Part shown: in pieces, positions 37,903 to 46,563 of the stretch
How the letters are laid out: each line of letters starts with the position of its first letter
How positions within the stretch are numbered: position 1 is the stretch's first letter
Assembly (NCBI GenBank): GCA_028286665.1
Contig: JAQBRD010000012.1
Span: 841-64,840 of the forward strand
Length of the DNA stretch: 64,000 nt
From: Candidatus Tayloriibacteriota bacterium
GTDB lineage: Bacteria > Patescibacteriota > Minisyncoccia > Phycocordibacterales > PALSA-1337
Direction of reading: 5' to 3'
Position numbers and translations under genes: made by a program
Notes under the pieces: generated by a model
Database searches by the model: none
What the model saw: the letters and a program-made list of their open reading frames with translations, nothing else
What the model was told of the DNA's origin: nothing

Positions 37903-38474
37903 AAAAAATCACCGTATTCAATTTCATAAGTGTCGACGGCTACTACGCGGGACCGAATGACGAGATCGATTGGTTCAAAGCGATCGGCAAGGATGCTGAA
38001 TATGATGCATATACGCATAGCCAGTCGAGCTCGAATCACACGCTCATGTTCGGGCATACGACGTACGATATGATGAAGAGCTTTTGGCCGACGCCGATGG
38101 CGATGGAGAGCGATCCGCATATGGCGAAGATCATGAATGAAAGCATGAAGATCGTCTTCTCGAAAGAGCTGCAGCACTCGGACGATATCCCGGGCTGGGA
38201 CGATGTCATCATCCTCCGCGATATCCGCGCCGAAGAGATCTTGAAGCTGAAGCGGGAATCGGCACATGATATCACGATCCTCGGCAGCGGCAGCATCGTG
38301 CAGCAGCTTTCGAACCTCGGCCTGATCGACAGCTATCAGCTCATGGTCGTTCCGATCGTGCTCGGTGCTGGCAAGAGCCTTTTTGCGAATGCGAAGAGCT
38401 TGAATCTGAAATTGCTCGAGGCGAAGTCGTTCAAGAACGGGGTCGTTTCGCTTCAGTACGAGCCGATGAGGTAG
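37899..38474 (+). CDS. Dihydrofolate-reductase-like protein (RibD C-terminal domain family)
   Basis: ATGA overlap with the previous gene. Segments VFNFISVDGYYAG and ILGSGSIVQQL match the RibD_C fold. Confidence 0.65.
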   Translation: MKKITVFNFISVDGYYAGPNDEIDWFKAIGKDAEYDAYTHSQSSSNHTLMFGHTTYDMMKSFWPTPMAMESDPHMAKIMNESMKIVFSKELQHSDDIPGWDDVIILRDIRAEEILKLKRESAHDITILGSGSIVQQLSNLGLIDSYQLMVVPIVLGAGKSLFANAKSLNLKLLEAKSFKNGVVSLQYEPMR

Positions 38475-38520
38475 ATTCCTGATCAGGAATCCAGAGCTTT
38501 GAAAGCGTGCCTGATATGCT

Positions 38521-40296
38521 ATGCTTCATGCAATACGGCTTATGAAAATATCTCTCGATTCCGCCCGCCATACCAAGCCTTTAGGCTTCTATCTCAAGGT
38601 AAACCGTCAGGACCTCGGCTGGTTCTTTGGCAATGCATCGCTGTATGCGCTCGGTCAGGTCATCATGCTCACGGCGACATACATGCTTGGCAGGACGATC
38701 GACGCGCTCTCGAATGACCCGACGCATGCAAAGTTTTTCGCATGGATGTTCATCGCTTGCGTCGTCGGCCATGAAGTCTCGTGGCGCTTCGGCCATATGT
38801 GCGAAATGCAGATACTCGGACGCATCCGCAGGAATTCGCAGAAGGCATTGTTCGATCACACGACATCGCTCTCATTCGGCTATTTCGCCGATCGTTTCGC
38901 GGGAGAGATCGCGCACAAGATCTCGAGCATCGCTGACAATTTCGAGCGCATGAATATCATCATGACCAACGGCTTCATCGAGGATAGCGTCCTCATTCCG
39001 CTTACCGCTATCGCTCTCGGCATGATCCATTGGTATTACGGAGCATTCGTCATCGTCTGGGGAATCGTCATGATTTTCGGCTCGCGGTTCCTCGCGAAAG
39101 AGATGAACCGCCGCTCAGAAAAGCTCGCTACCGAAGAGGCAAAGACCATAGGCACCATCGTCGATGTCTATGGAAATATCGGCACGGTGAAAGTATACGG
39201 GAAAGCAGGGGATGCGAACCGGGCGCATCTGCAGATAGATGCGGAACGCCGAGCGTATGCCCGATTCGGCTGGTGGGATGTCGTCATGTTCCATTTTCAA
39301 GGATGGTCGATCATCATTTTGTGCTCAGGACTCGTGCTCATCACGAGCATCTTGCACGGTCAGCATGCGATAACGGTAGGACAGATCGTATTCGTCTCGA
39401 CGGCAGGACTTCGACTTTTCAGCATGTCGTGGGAGATGGCACGCAATATCGCCGACTTCATCAGGTATCGCGGCGAATGTTCCCAGAATCTCGCTGATCT
39501 CGTAGTCGCACCCGCGATCATCGACGGCAATCACGCTCAGGCGCAAGGCAAGGAAGCGATCATTGTCCATTACGATCATATCGCATTCGGATATGTCGAG
39601 GAGCGTCCGATACTCGATGATTTTTCAATCACGATCAAGCCAGGCGAAAAAGTGGGCATCGTCGGACTCTCGGGAGCGGGGAAGACGACGTTCGCAAACC
39701 TCCTCCTTCGATTCTTCGATCCGCAATCAGGCACGATCCGCTTCAATGGCACTGATATCCGCAATTTTACCCAGGAATTCCTTCGTTCGCACATCTCGTA
39801 TATCTCACAGGATACATCTCTTTTTCATGCGACGATATCTGAAAACATTGCCTATGGTTCTTCGGCAGCATCTGAGGAGAATATCGAAACAGCTGCCCGG
39901 CTCGCATACGCCGACGATTTCATCATGAAGCTGCCGCACGGCTACAAGAGCATCGTCGGCGAGCGCGGAGTGAAGCTTTCTGGCGGACAACGCCAGCGGA
40001 TCGCCATCGCCCGCGCACTTCTCGCCGATCGGCCGATATTCCTCCTCGATGAAGCGACGAGCGCGCTCGATAGTGACAGCGAAGGGAAGATACAGAAAGG
40101 CCTCTCGATCCTCATGGAGAACAAGACGGTCATCGCCATCGCCCACCGCCTCTCGACGTTGTCTCATATGGATCGGATCATCTTCCTCGAAAATGGAAAG
40201 ATTGCCGAAGACGGAACTCATGAGCAGCTGCTTGCGCAGAAAGGCAGGTATGCCGCACTGTGGCAGATGCAGGCCGGTGGTTTCCTTCCAGCTTAG
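38521..40296 (+). CDS. ABC transporter, fused permease/ATP-binding protein (MsbA-like exporter)
   Basis: Six-helix transmembrane domain. Walker A GLSGAGKTT, signature LSGGQRQR, Walker B IFLLDEATSALD. Confidence 0.9.
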   Translation: MLHAIRLMKISLDSARHTKPLGFYLKVNRQDLGWFFGNASLYALGQVIMLTATYMLGRTIDALSNDPTHAKFFAWMFIACVVGHEVSWRFGHMCEMQILGRIRRNSQKALFDHTTSLSFGYFADRFAGEIAHKISSIADNFERMNIIMTNGFIEDSVLIPLTAIALGMIHWYYGAFVIVWGIVMIFGSRFLAKEMNRRSEKLATEEAKTIGTIVDVYGNIGTVKVYGKAGDANRAHLQIDAERRAYARFGWWDVVMFHFQGWSIIILCSGLVLITSILHGQHAITVGQIVFVSTAGLRLFSMSWEMARNIADFIRYRGECSQNLADLVVAPAIIDGNHAQAQGKEAIIVHYDHIAFGYVEERPILDDFSITIKPGEKVGIVGLSGAGKTTFANLLLRFFDPQSGTIRFNGTDIRNFTQEFLRSHISYISQDTSLFHATISENIAYGSSAASEENIETAARLAYADDFIMKLPHGYKSIVGERGVKLSGGQRQRIAIARALLADRPIFLLDEATSALDSDSEGKIQKGLSILMENKTVIAIAHRLSTLSHMDRIIFLENGKIAEDGTHEQLLAQKGRYAALWQMQAGGFLPA

Positions 40297-40315
40297 TTAA
40301 AAATAATAAAATACC

Positions 40316-40702
40316 ATGAACACCATCGCATATTTCGAAATACAGGCATCTGAACCTACGAAGGCCGTAGATTTCTATGGCGCAGTCTTCGGCTGGAAAT
40401 TCGCGAAGGAAGAACTTGTCCCGATCGAATACTATCGGATGACGGACACCGGCGGCGCAGGTATCATGGGTGCAATTCTCAAGCGTCCCGCAGCGACACC
40501 GCCGCTCGAATGTGGAACGAATGCTTTTACTTGTTCTGTGCAGGTTGAAAGTTTCGATCAGACAGCCGCAGTCATTCTCAAAAACGGCGGCCAGGTCGCG
40601 CTGCCGAAATTCGCCATTCCAGGCCGATGCTGGCAGGGCTATTTCATCGACATCGACCACAATGTCTTCGGCATATTCCAGGCAGACGAGCGTGCGAGAT
40701 AG
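40316..40702 (+). CDS. VOC / glyoxalase-bleomycin-resistance family protein
   Basis: Paired beta-alpha-beta-beta-beta modules (YFEIQASEP...FYGAVFGW). Confidence 0.7.
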   Translation: MNTIAYFEIQASEPTKAVDFYGAVFGWKFAKEELVPIEYYRMTDTGGAGIMGAILKRPAATPPLECGTNAFTCSVQVESFDQTAAVILKNGGQVALPKFAIPGRCWQGYFIDIDHNVFGIFQADERAR

Positions 40703-40740
40703 TGCTTCCATTTTCAGGCGAGATTTGCCATACTTATTAT

Positions 40741-41127
40741 ATGAAACCAAAAACAATAAAAGTCACGTATTGGATCGCAACGGTTCTCTTCGCGCTCTTC
40801 ATGGTATTCTCGGGAGTTTCTGAACTCATGATGACTGAAGAAGGAAAGCAGATCATGATCCATCTCGGATATCCGATCTACATGCTGTACATGCTCGGCA
40901 TCGCGAAGATCCTCGGCACGATCGCGCTTCTGCAGACGAAGTATCAGGTCATCAAAGAATGGGCGTACGCCGGTTTCGCGATCGATATTCTCAGTGCTTC
41001 CATTTCAATGTTTTTCGTGGGAGATAATGTCGGCTTGTCTCTCATGCCGCTCATCTTCCTCGTCGTCATGTTCATCTCGTACGGCTTCTGGAAGAAAATG
41101 GAACGGTTGAAGACTGCATCCGTGTAA
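40741..41127 (+). CDS. DoxX-family membrane protein
   Basis: Four-helix, 128-aa DoxX-like hydrophobic protein. Start trimmed to ATG 40741. Confidence 0.6.
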   Translation: MKPKTIKVTYWIATVLFALFMVFSGVSELMMTEEGKQIMIHLGYPIYMLYMLGIAKILGTIALLQTKYQVIKEWAYAGFAIDILSASISMFFVGDNVGLSLMPLIFLVVMFISYGFWKKMERLKTASV

Positions 41128-41160
41128 TGATGCATTTATTCTGTCGGCCTCTTCGTATTC

Positions 41161-43803
41161 ATGGATACGACCGCCAGCAGACAACCTTTTCTTGTCGACG
41201 TGCTCGGCAGAAGGCAGAAAATCCACTTGCGGGTTCTCATAACTCTCTGGCTGTTGAGCGTATCCGCATTCTGGATCTGGTGGCTGTCACCGCTGCATAT
41301 GGGAGACATGGCAAGGTTTGCGATAAACACCGTCATCCTGGCATGGAATTCGCTGCTGCCCGGTTTCTATTTTTATTTCCTGAACCGGATGAAGAAGCAG
41401 AATCCGGATCTGAAGATTCCTCGGCATTGGAGGATCGCCATGGTCGTCACCCGCGCTCCGTCGGAGCCTTTCGAACTCGTGAAGAAGACGCTCATCTCCA
41501 TGAAATTGCAGGACTTGCCGCATGATACGTGGTTGGCTGACGAGGATCCTACTCTTGAAATACGAGAGTGGTGCGCGAAGCACGGAATATGCATCTCGAC
41601 ACGCAAAGGGAATGCCGAATATTATCAGCAGAATTGGCCGAGAAGGGAGAAGTGCAAGGAGGGCAATCTCGCCTATTTCTACGATCATTACGGCTATCGG
41701 AGATATGATTTCGTGTCGCAGCTCGATGCGGATCATGTTCCAAGTCCGGGCTATCTGCATGAAATGATCTTGCCGTTCGTCGATCCGAAAGTCGGGTACG
41801 TTTCGGCGCCGAGCATATGCGATGTGAATGCACAGGGAAGCTGGGCCGCCCGCGGGCGGCTTTTCGCCGAGGCGACGCTTCACGGAACGCTTCAGGCCGG
41901 ATACACCAATGGCTGGGCGCCGCTTTGCATCGGCTCTCATTATGCGGTGCGCACGGAAGCGCTGAGCGAAATCGGAGGACTCGGCCCGGAGCTCGCCGAA
42001 GATCATTCGACCACGCTCATGATGAATGCCTTCGGCTGGAAGGGAGTCCATGCGCTGAATGCTGAAGCGCATGGCGATGGCCCGACCACTTTCATGGATT
42101 CGATGACGCAGGAATTCCAGTGGGCGAGGAGCCTCGTCATGCTCCTGCTTACAGTCACTCCGGGATGCTGGAAGCGCCTCACTCCGAAATTCCGATTCCA
42201 GTTCATTTTCTCGCAGCTCTGGTATCCTATTTTCGGAGTACTGATGCTTGCGGCATACATGTCTCCGCTGGTAGCGGTCATGACCGGCGTACCGTGGGTG
42301 CATATTTCATATATTCAATTTCTCGCCTATTCTTTCTTTCCGTTCACGACCGCTCTGCTCGTCGTCGCTTGGGTGAGGAGACAGCATCTGATGCGTCCGG
42401 CCGATGTGAAAATATTGAGCTGGGAAGGCGCAATCTTCCAGCTCGTCCGATGGCCGTGGGTGCTATGGGCGACATGCGATGCTATCCGCACTGCGGTCTT
42501 CAAGAAGAAATGCGTCTGGCGCATCACTCCCAAGGGCCGAGTCGAAGAGGTCGCGATTTCCCTCAAGGCAATATGGCCGTACGCATCGATAGTCTGCCTC
42601 TCCGGCCTGAGCGTGCTTCTCGCGGTGAGGAACCCTGAGATAAAGGGATATTACTGGTTCGCCTTCATCAATTGCTTCGCATATCTCGCCTGCATCGGGA
42701 TCATCATCGTCCGGCATGTGTTCGAAAATAAGATAGCGATGAATTTCAGGAACGTTTTCCTGCGATGGGGGAAACATCTCGTCATGATGCTCATCCTGAT
42801 GTTCCTCACCGGCTCGGCAGTGTACGTGCATGGAGAAGACGCGTGGAGCGGAATCACTTGGAATAGCGGCTCGATCCTCAACTGCCGGAACTTTTCTTCC
42901 ATCTGCGAGCTCGGCGGGACGACGACGCTGGTTGCTGAAAAGAATCGCATCGGATTCGGCGCATACGATCCATCGGAAGTCTTTCAGGGCAAGCAGTTGG
43001 CCATCGAGCACGTATTCATTTCCTGGAATTCGTATGGGAAAGGCAGCATCGCGCGCGATCTCGCTGGAATCGAAGGCCGCGGAAGAGAGCCGCTTCTGAC
43101 CATCGAGCCGTGGCTGGATCCGTCGGTGAGCAGCAGCACGGATGTGCTGAGCGATGTCGCAGCCGGAATATACGATAGCAAGATCAATGACATGTGTTCT
43201 GAAATAGCAGCTTCCGAAGCTCCCGTATTCGTCCGTTGGGGACATGAAATGGAAACGATAAGCAACCGAAGCCGTTATCCGTGGGCAGTCGAAGATGCGC
43301 CGAAGTATCAGCGGGCGTATCGGCATTTCGTAGAGCAATGCAGGGCAAGCGCGAAGAATGTCCTCTATGTCTGGTCGCCGGCTGGAGATAAGGGTTTGGA
43401 AAGATATTGGCCTGGCTCCGAGTATGTCGATTCCGTCGGAATCTCTATCTATGGATTCCCGGAGTGGGATCTGCATTATTTCAAGAAAGTCCGCTCATTC
43501 GCGGAGATAATGAAGGAAAAATATGCCCGAGTCGAAAAGTATCGGAAGCCGATAATGATCGCGGAGCTCGGCGTGGCAGGCGACAAGGCGCATCAGCTCA
43601 CATGGATGCTCATCGCGCTCGACGAGCTGCGCGGCTTTCCGCTCGTCACGAATGCGGTATATTTCAATTCTCTGGATAATCCGAAGGCTTGGGGCGATGG
43701 CTATTCGACGCCGGACTGGAGCATGGATCCGAAAGCCTTTCCCACGACGATGCCGATCACTGCGCCGATGATCGCTCCTGCAGCGAACTCCGAGAACCAG
43801 TGA
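41161..43803 (+). CDS. Fusion protein: processive family-2 glycosyltransferase (cellulose-synthase-like, QxxRW) with transmembrane region and a C-terminal GH26-like glycoside hydrolase domain
   Basis: GT2 motifs (D...QLDADH... and QEFQWARS, the QxxRW motif). At least six transmembrane helices. In the C-terminal domain, VRWGHEME and IMIAELGV match the GH26 acid/base (HE[MF]N) and nucleophile (ITELG/D) motifs. Confidence 0.75.
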   Translation: MDTTASRQPFLVDVLGRRQKIHLRVLITLWLLSVSAFWIWWLSPLHMGDMARFAINTVILAWNSLLPGFYFYFLNRMKKQNPDLKIPRHWRIAMVVTRAPSEPFELVKKTLISMKLQDLPHDTWLADEDPTLEIREWCAKHGICISTRKGNAEYYQQNWPRREKCKEGNLAYFYDHYGYRRYDFVSQLDADHVPSPGYLHEMILPFVDPKVGYVSAPSICDVNAQGSWAARGRLFAEATLHGTLQAGYTNGWAPLCIGSHYAVRTEALSEIGGLGPELAEDHSTTLMMNAFGWKGVHALNAEAHGDGPTTFMDSMTQEFQWARSLVMLLLTVTPGCWKRLTPKFRFQFIFSQLWYPIFGVLMLAAYMSPLVAVMTGVPWVHISYIQFLAYSFFPFTTALLVVAWVRRQHLMRPADVKILSWEGAIFQLVRWPWVLWATCDAIRTAVFKKKCVWRITPKGRVEEVAISLKAIWPYASIVCLSGLSVLLAVRNPEIKGYYWFAFINCFAYLACIGIIIVRHVFENKIAMNFRNVFLRWGKHLVMMLILMFLTGSAVYVHGEDAWSGITWNSGSILNCRNFSSICELGGTTTLVAEKNRIGFGAYDPSEVFQGKQLAIEHVFISWNSYGKGSIARDLAGIEGRGREPLLTIEPWLDPSVSSSTDVLSDVAAGIYDSKINDMCSEIAASEAPVFVRWGHEMETISNRSRYPWAVEDAPKYQRAYRHFVEQCRASAKNVLYVWSPAGDKGLERYWPGSEYVDSVGISIYGFPEWDLHYFKKVRSFAEIMKEKYARVEKYRKPIMIAELGVAGDKAHQLTWMLIALDELRGFPLVTNAVYFNSLDNPKAWGDGYSTPDWSMDPKAFPTTMPITAPMIAPAANSENQ

Positions 43804-44390
43804 ATGCTCATCGAGACGCCGAAGCCGATATAGAAAGCATAGAGCAATGCGCCGCATCGCGCGATAGCGCGCTGCCGAGCGCTCGCGCTTTTCGGATAGA
43901 CATATATGAATGCGAAAGCCATGGCGAAGGCGATCGTCGTGTGCGATGACGGCCAGCCCCAGAATACGCCGTGCTTCAGCAAGCCGAAATTAAAATTGCC
44001 GCTGATGTCGGTGATGACGTTATGGATATCCGGCTGCACTCTGCCGGTGAGGGCTTTGTATGCGGATGAAATGACCGAACCGATGATCGCTGCTTGCGCA
44101 AGCGCATATCCGGCATTCAGTGCAGCGGTTGATCCCGATGCGCGCTTCCGCAGCCAGCCGATCGCGAGCATGCAGATCGGCACTATGATCGGAACAAGTC
44201 CGCCGATAACGACCGCAGGGAAGAATATGCGATCGAGTCCGCTGCTTCTCGTTGCAAGGAAATATTGCCAGTCGAAACCGCTCGCCACGATGATATAGGT
44301 GAGCGCGATCGCAGCGAGATGCCATGGCAGATTGCGCATTGAGAAGCAGCGGATGATATTTCGGGGAAGCGAATAGAGGAATCTTTTCAT
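43701..44390 (-). CDS. PAP2-family phosphatase (membrane)
   Basis: PAP2 motifs KALTGRVQP, PSSHTT and SMSIHWFSEF. Its 3' end overlaps the convergent GT2-GH26 gene by about 100 bp. Confidence 0.7.
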   Translation of the reverse strand: MKRFLYSLPRNIIRCFSMRNLPWHLAAIALTYIIVASGFDWQYFLATRSSGLDRIFFPAVVIGGLVPIIVPICMLAIGWLRKRASGSTAALNAGYALAQAAIIGSVISSAYKALTGRVQPDIHNVITDISGNFNFGLLKHGVFWGWPSSHTTIAFAMAFAFIYVYPKSASARQRAIARCGALLYAFYIGFGVSMSIHWFSEFAAGAIIGAVIGIVVGKAFGSMLQSGVE

Positions 44391-44404
44391 TAGGCAAGTA
44401 TAGC

Positions 44405-44440
44405 AACAAATAAAAAACTTCCAGCCGGGATGGCGGGAAG
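44405..44440 (-). terminator. Rho-independent terminator downstream of the tRNA-like gene (- strand)
   Basis: On the - strand: CUUCCCGCC-AUC-CCGGCUGGAAG followed by UUUUUU. Confidence 0.6.
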
Positions 44441-44600
44441 TGGTGCAGGAGGCGGGAATCGAACCCGCATGGATGGGGGGTCACACCCTTTGAAGGAAGC
44501 TAGAAGAAGTAGTCAAAAACCTTCATCGGTAGCAATTTAGCCGTCCCGCTTGCGCGTGCATCAACGCAGTTGATGTGCTCTGCCGTTAAGCTACTCCTGC
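44441..44600 (-). tRNA. tRNA-like gene with an 85-nt insertion (intron-containing or disrupted tRNA; anticodon uncertain, candidate UGC)
   Basis: On the - strand, the 5' half is canonical: GCAGGAG-UA-GCUU-AACGGCA-GAGC-A-CAUCA-ACUGCGU-UGAUG, with U8, A9, A14, G18G19, A21 and A26. The 3' half is canonical too: GCGGG-UUCGAUU-CCCGC-CUCCUGC-A-CCA, and the acceptor strands are perfectly complementary. The halves are 85 nt farther apart than in a standard tRNA. Confidence 0.5.
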
Positions 44601-44679
44601 ATCTTCCATGGAAACATACCCTACGTGTAACTATATGTCAATGGATATCATTGAGTAAGCTGCCTGCTATAATGAGCCG

Positions 44680-45723
44680 ATGAAACAGATCCTAAAAAGC
44701 GCATTTGTATTGCTTGCCATCGCGACCTTCTTCCGCATCAGCGTTCCGCAGGTTTCAGCTCATGAGGTATATGTACTCGATCATTCAGAAATAAATACCG
44801 CCATGCAGGCGCCGCGTCCCGATTTCATGCAGAGCATGCGGGATCACCTCGGACAGTTCATCGTATGGGGCCTGATCTTCACGATCCTGATTCTCATTGT
44901 CTTCTACGTATCGATAAGCCGTCCCATCGAGCGCCTCATCGATCCTGCGCTCATGTATCTGAAGAAATTCGCTCCGCACGTAGCTCAGGCGACCCTCGGC
45001 CTCGCGCTCATGGCAAGCGGCTACTATCATGCGGTCTTCGGAATCGAAATTCCGCTCGGTCCGACATTCGGCTCGCTCGAGCATCTCGTCTCATTCTGCC
45101 TCATCGTCGCCGGCGCGATGCTCGCGTTCGGGCTTTTCCCCCGGATCGCAGCGATGTTCACGGTCGCGTTCTTCATCGGCCTCGCAGTCCATTTCGGAGC
45201 ATACATGCTCAATTACGCGACGTATCTCGGAGAAGCGATCACCATCGCGATCTTCGGCGGGGCGCATACGATCTTCGCGAATAAGCGGCTGTCGCAGATC
45301 GCTGCGCGAGTCATCAGTCCTTCATTTCATGCGTACAAGTTCCTGATCATGCGCGTCCTTTTCGGGTCCTCGCTCATCTATGCCTCGGTATATGCGAAAT
45401 TCATCCATGGCGCGCTCGCGCTCGAAGTCGTCTCGAAATACAATCTGACGCATTATTTCCCGTTCGATCCGGTCTTCCTCGTGCTCGGCGCGATGCTCAC
45501 CGAAATACTCCTCGGAGTCTGCTTCGCGATCGGATTCGAGATTCGCTTCGCTTCGCTTTTCTTCCTCGCATTCCTCTCGATGTCGCTCGTCTTCTTCGGT
45601 GAAGCTGTCTGGCCGCATATCATCCTCATCGGAACTGCGCTCGCCATGTTCCTTCACGGATATGATCGCTTTACATTCTCTGTGCAGATGGAGAAGGACA
45701 AGAGCCTCGAGCCGGTGCTCTAG
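44680..45723 (+). CDS. Hypothetical polytopic membrane protein with signal peptide
   Basis: Signal peptide plus about eight transmembrane helices. TGCTATAAT lies 6 nt before the ATG. Confidence 0.6.
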   Translation: MKQILKSAFVLLAIATFFRISVPQVSAHEVYVLDHSEINTAMQAPRPDFMQSMRDHLGQFIVWGLIFTILILIVFYVSISRPIERLIDPALMYLKKFAPHVAQATLGLALMASGYYHAVFGIEIPLGPTFGSLEHLVSFCLIVAGAMLAFGLFPRIAAMFTVAFFIGLAVHFGAYMLNYATYLGEAITIAIFGGAHTIFANKRLSQIAARVISPSFHAYKFLIMRVLFGSSLIYASVYAKFIHGALALEVVSKYNLTHYFPFDPVFLVLGAMLTEILLGVCFAIGFEIRFASLFFLAFLSMSLVFFGEAVWPHIILIGTALAMFLHGYDRFTFSVQMEKDKSLEPVL

Positions 45724-45787
45724 CGAGAAAGTCCAGCTCTGGATAACTCGCGTGTACGTTTCCTTGCGAATAGGCTATACTTATCTC

Positions 45788-45889
45788 ATGCCACGAAGAA
45801 CAACAACACCAAAGAAGGCATCTCGATCGAAGAAGACGAAGAAGCGTCTCGCGACCAAGAAAGCGCGTTTGGCAGCAAAGAAGAAATAG
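45788..45889 (+). CDS. Putative 33-aa highly basic small protein
   Basis: MPRRTTTPKKASRSKKTKKRLATKKARLAAKKK. TATACT (45776-45781) lies exactly 6 nt before the ATG, the same promoter geometry seen for about 20 other genes here. Confidence 0.4.
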   Translation: MPRRTTTPKKASRSKKTKKRLATKKARLAAKKK

Positions 45890-45948
45890 TTTTGTTTCAA
45901 AATGGCTAGTTGGACGAGAATGGAGCCCCAAAGGCTTCATTTTCGTAT

Positions 45949-46524
45949 CTACTCGCGAACGATCTTGAGGCCCCACTTGGTCGCGTTCGGGAGACGTTCT
46001 TTTTTTGAAACTCTCAATTGATAGAAAGCGAATACGGTCGTCGTCACAGTCGCAAAGCCTTTGAATATGACCCACTCATCAGGCGTGAGCGATATGCGGG
46101 CGATCTCATTGGCGATCGTGAGCAGGGTGAAAAGCACCGCCCATCGGAGCGACATGATCTTCCAGCCGCGATCGCTTATCGAGAAGACTTCCTTGAAGAG
46201 CGGCTTCAGGAGCGGATGCCCGAAATAAAGTCCGGTGAAGAGGACGATGGCGAAAGCTGCATTGTAGATCGTGTCTTTGATAATGAAGAAGAACGGGCTG
46301 TCGAGGATGATCGTGAGGAGTCCGAAGCCGATGATGCTTGCGCTCACGATGACGGGGAACCATGCGAGCTCTCTCCGCTCGATATATCCGACGACGAGGG
46401 CCATCGCGGTGAGCGCGACGAAGATCGCTGTCGCTTTCACGAAGCTGAGCAATTCCGAGGCGATGAGGAAGGCGAGGATCGGCCCGAATTCGATCGAGAG
46501 GTTCAGTATCAGCTTGTTTTTCAT
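45949..46524 (-). CDS. Intracellular septation protein A-like (YciB/IspZ family) membrane protein
   Basis: Five transmembrane helices. The C-terminal segment LRWAVLFTLLTIANEIARISL...WVIFKGFATVTTTVFAFYQ resembles the YciB consensus. Confidence 0.55.
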   Translation of the reverse strand: MKNKLILNLSIEFGPILAFLIASELLSFVKATAIFVALTAMALVVGYIERRELAWFPVIVSASIIGFGLLTIILDSPFFFIIKDTIYNAAFAIVLFTGLYFGHPLLKPLFKEVFSISDRGWKIMSLRWAVLFTLLTIANEIARISLTPDEWVIFKGFATVTTTVFAFYQLRVSKKERLPNATKWGLKIVRE

Positions 46525-46563
46525 AAAAAATACAATACCATACTATCATGAGTATGGCAATAT

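Noticed and set aside
43701-43803. The roughly 100-bp overlap of the convergent GT2-GH26 and PAP2 genes as a frameshift or sequencing error.
   Set aside because: Both reading frames remain family-consistent up to their stops. Convergent 3' overlaps of this size occur naturally. It is flagged in the cluster finding only.
44441-44600. tmRNA (ssrA) or a tRNA-Sec gene.
   Set aside because: At 160 nt it is far shorter than tmRNA (about 350 nt). The acceptor lacks the G3:U70 Ala identity pair and no tag-peptide reading frame is present. It is too long for tRNA-Sec, and its arm lengths are the standard 7/5, not 8/5 or 9/4.
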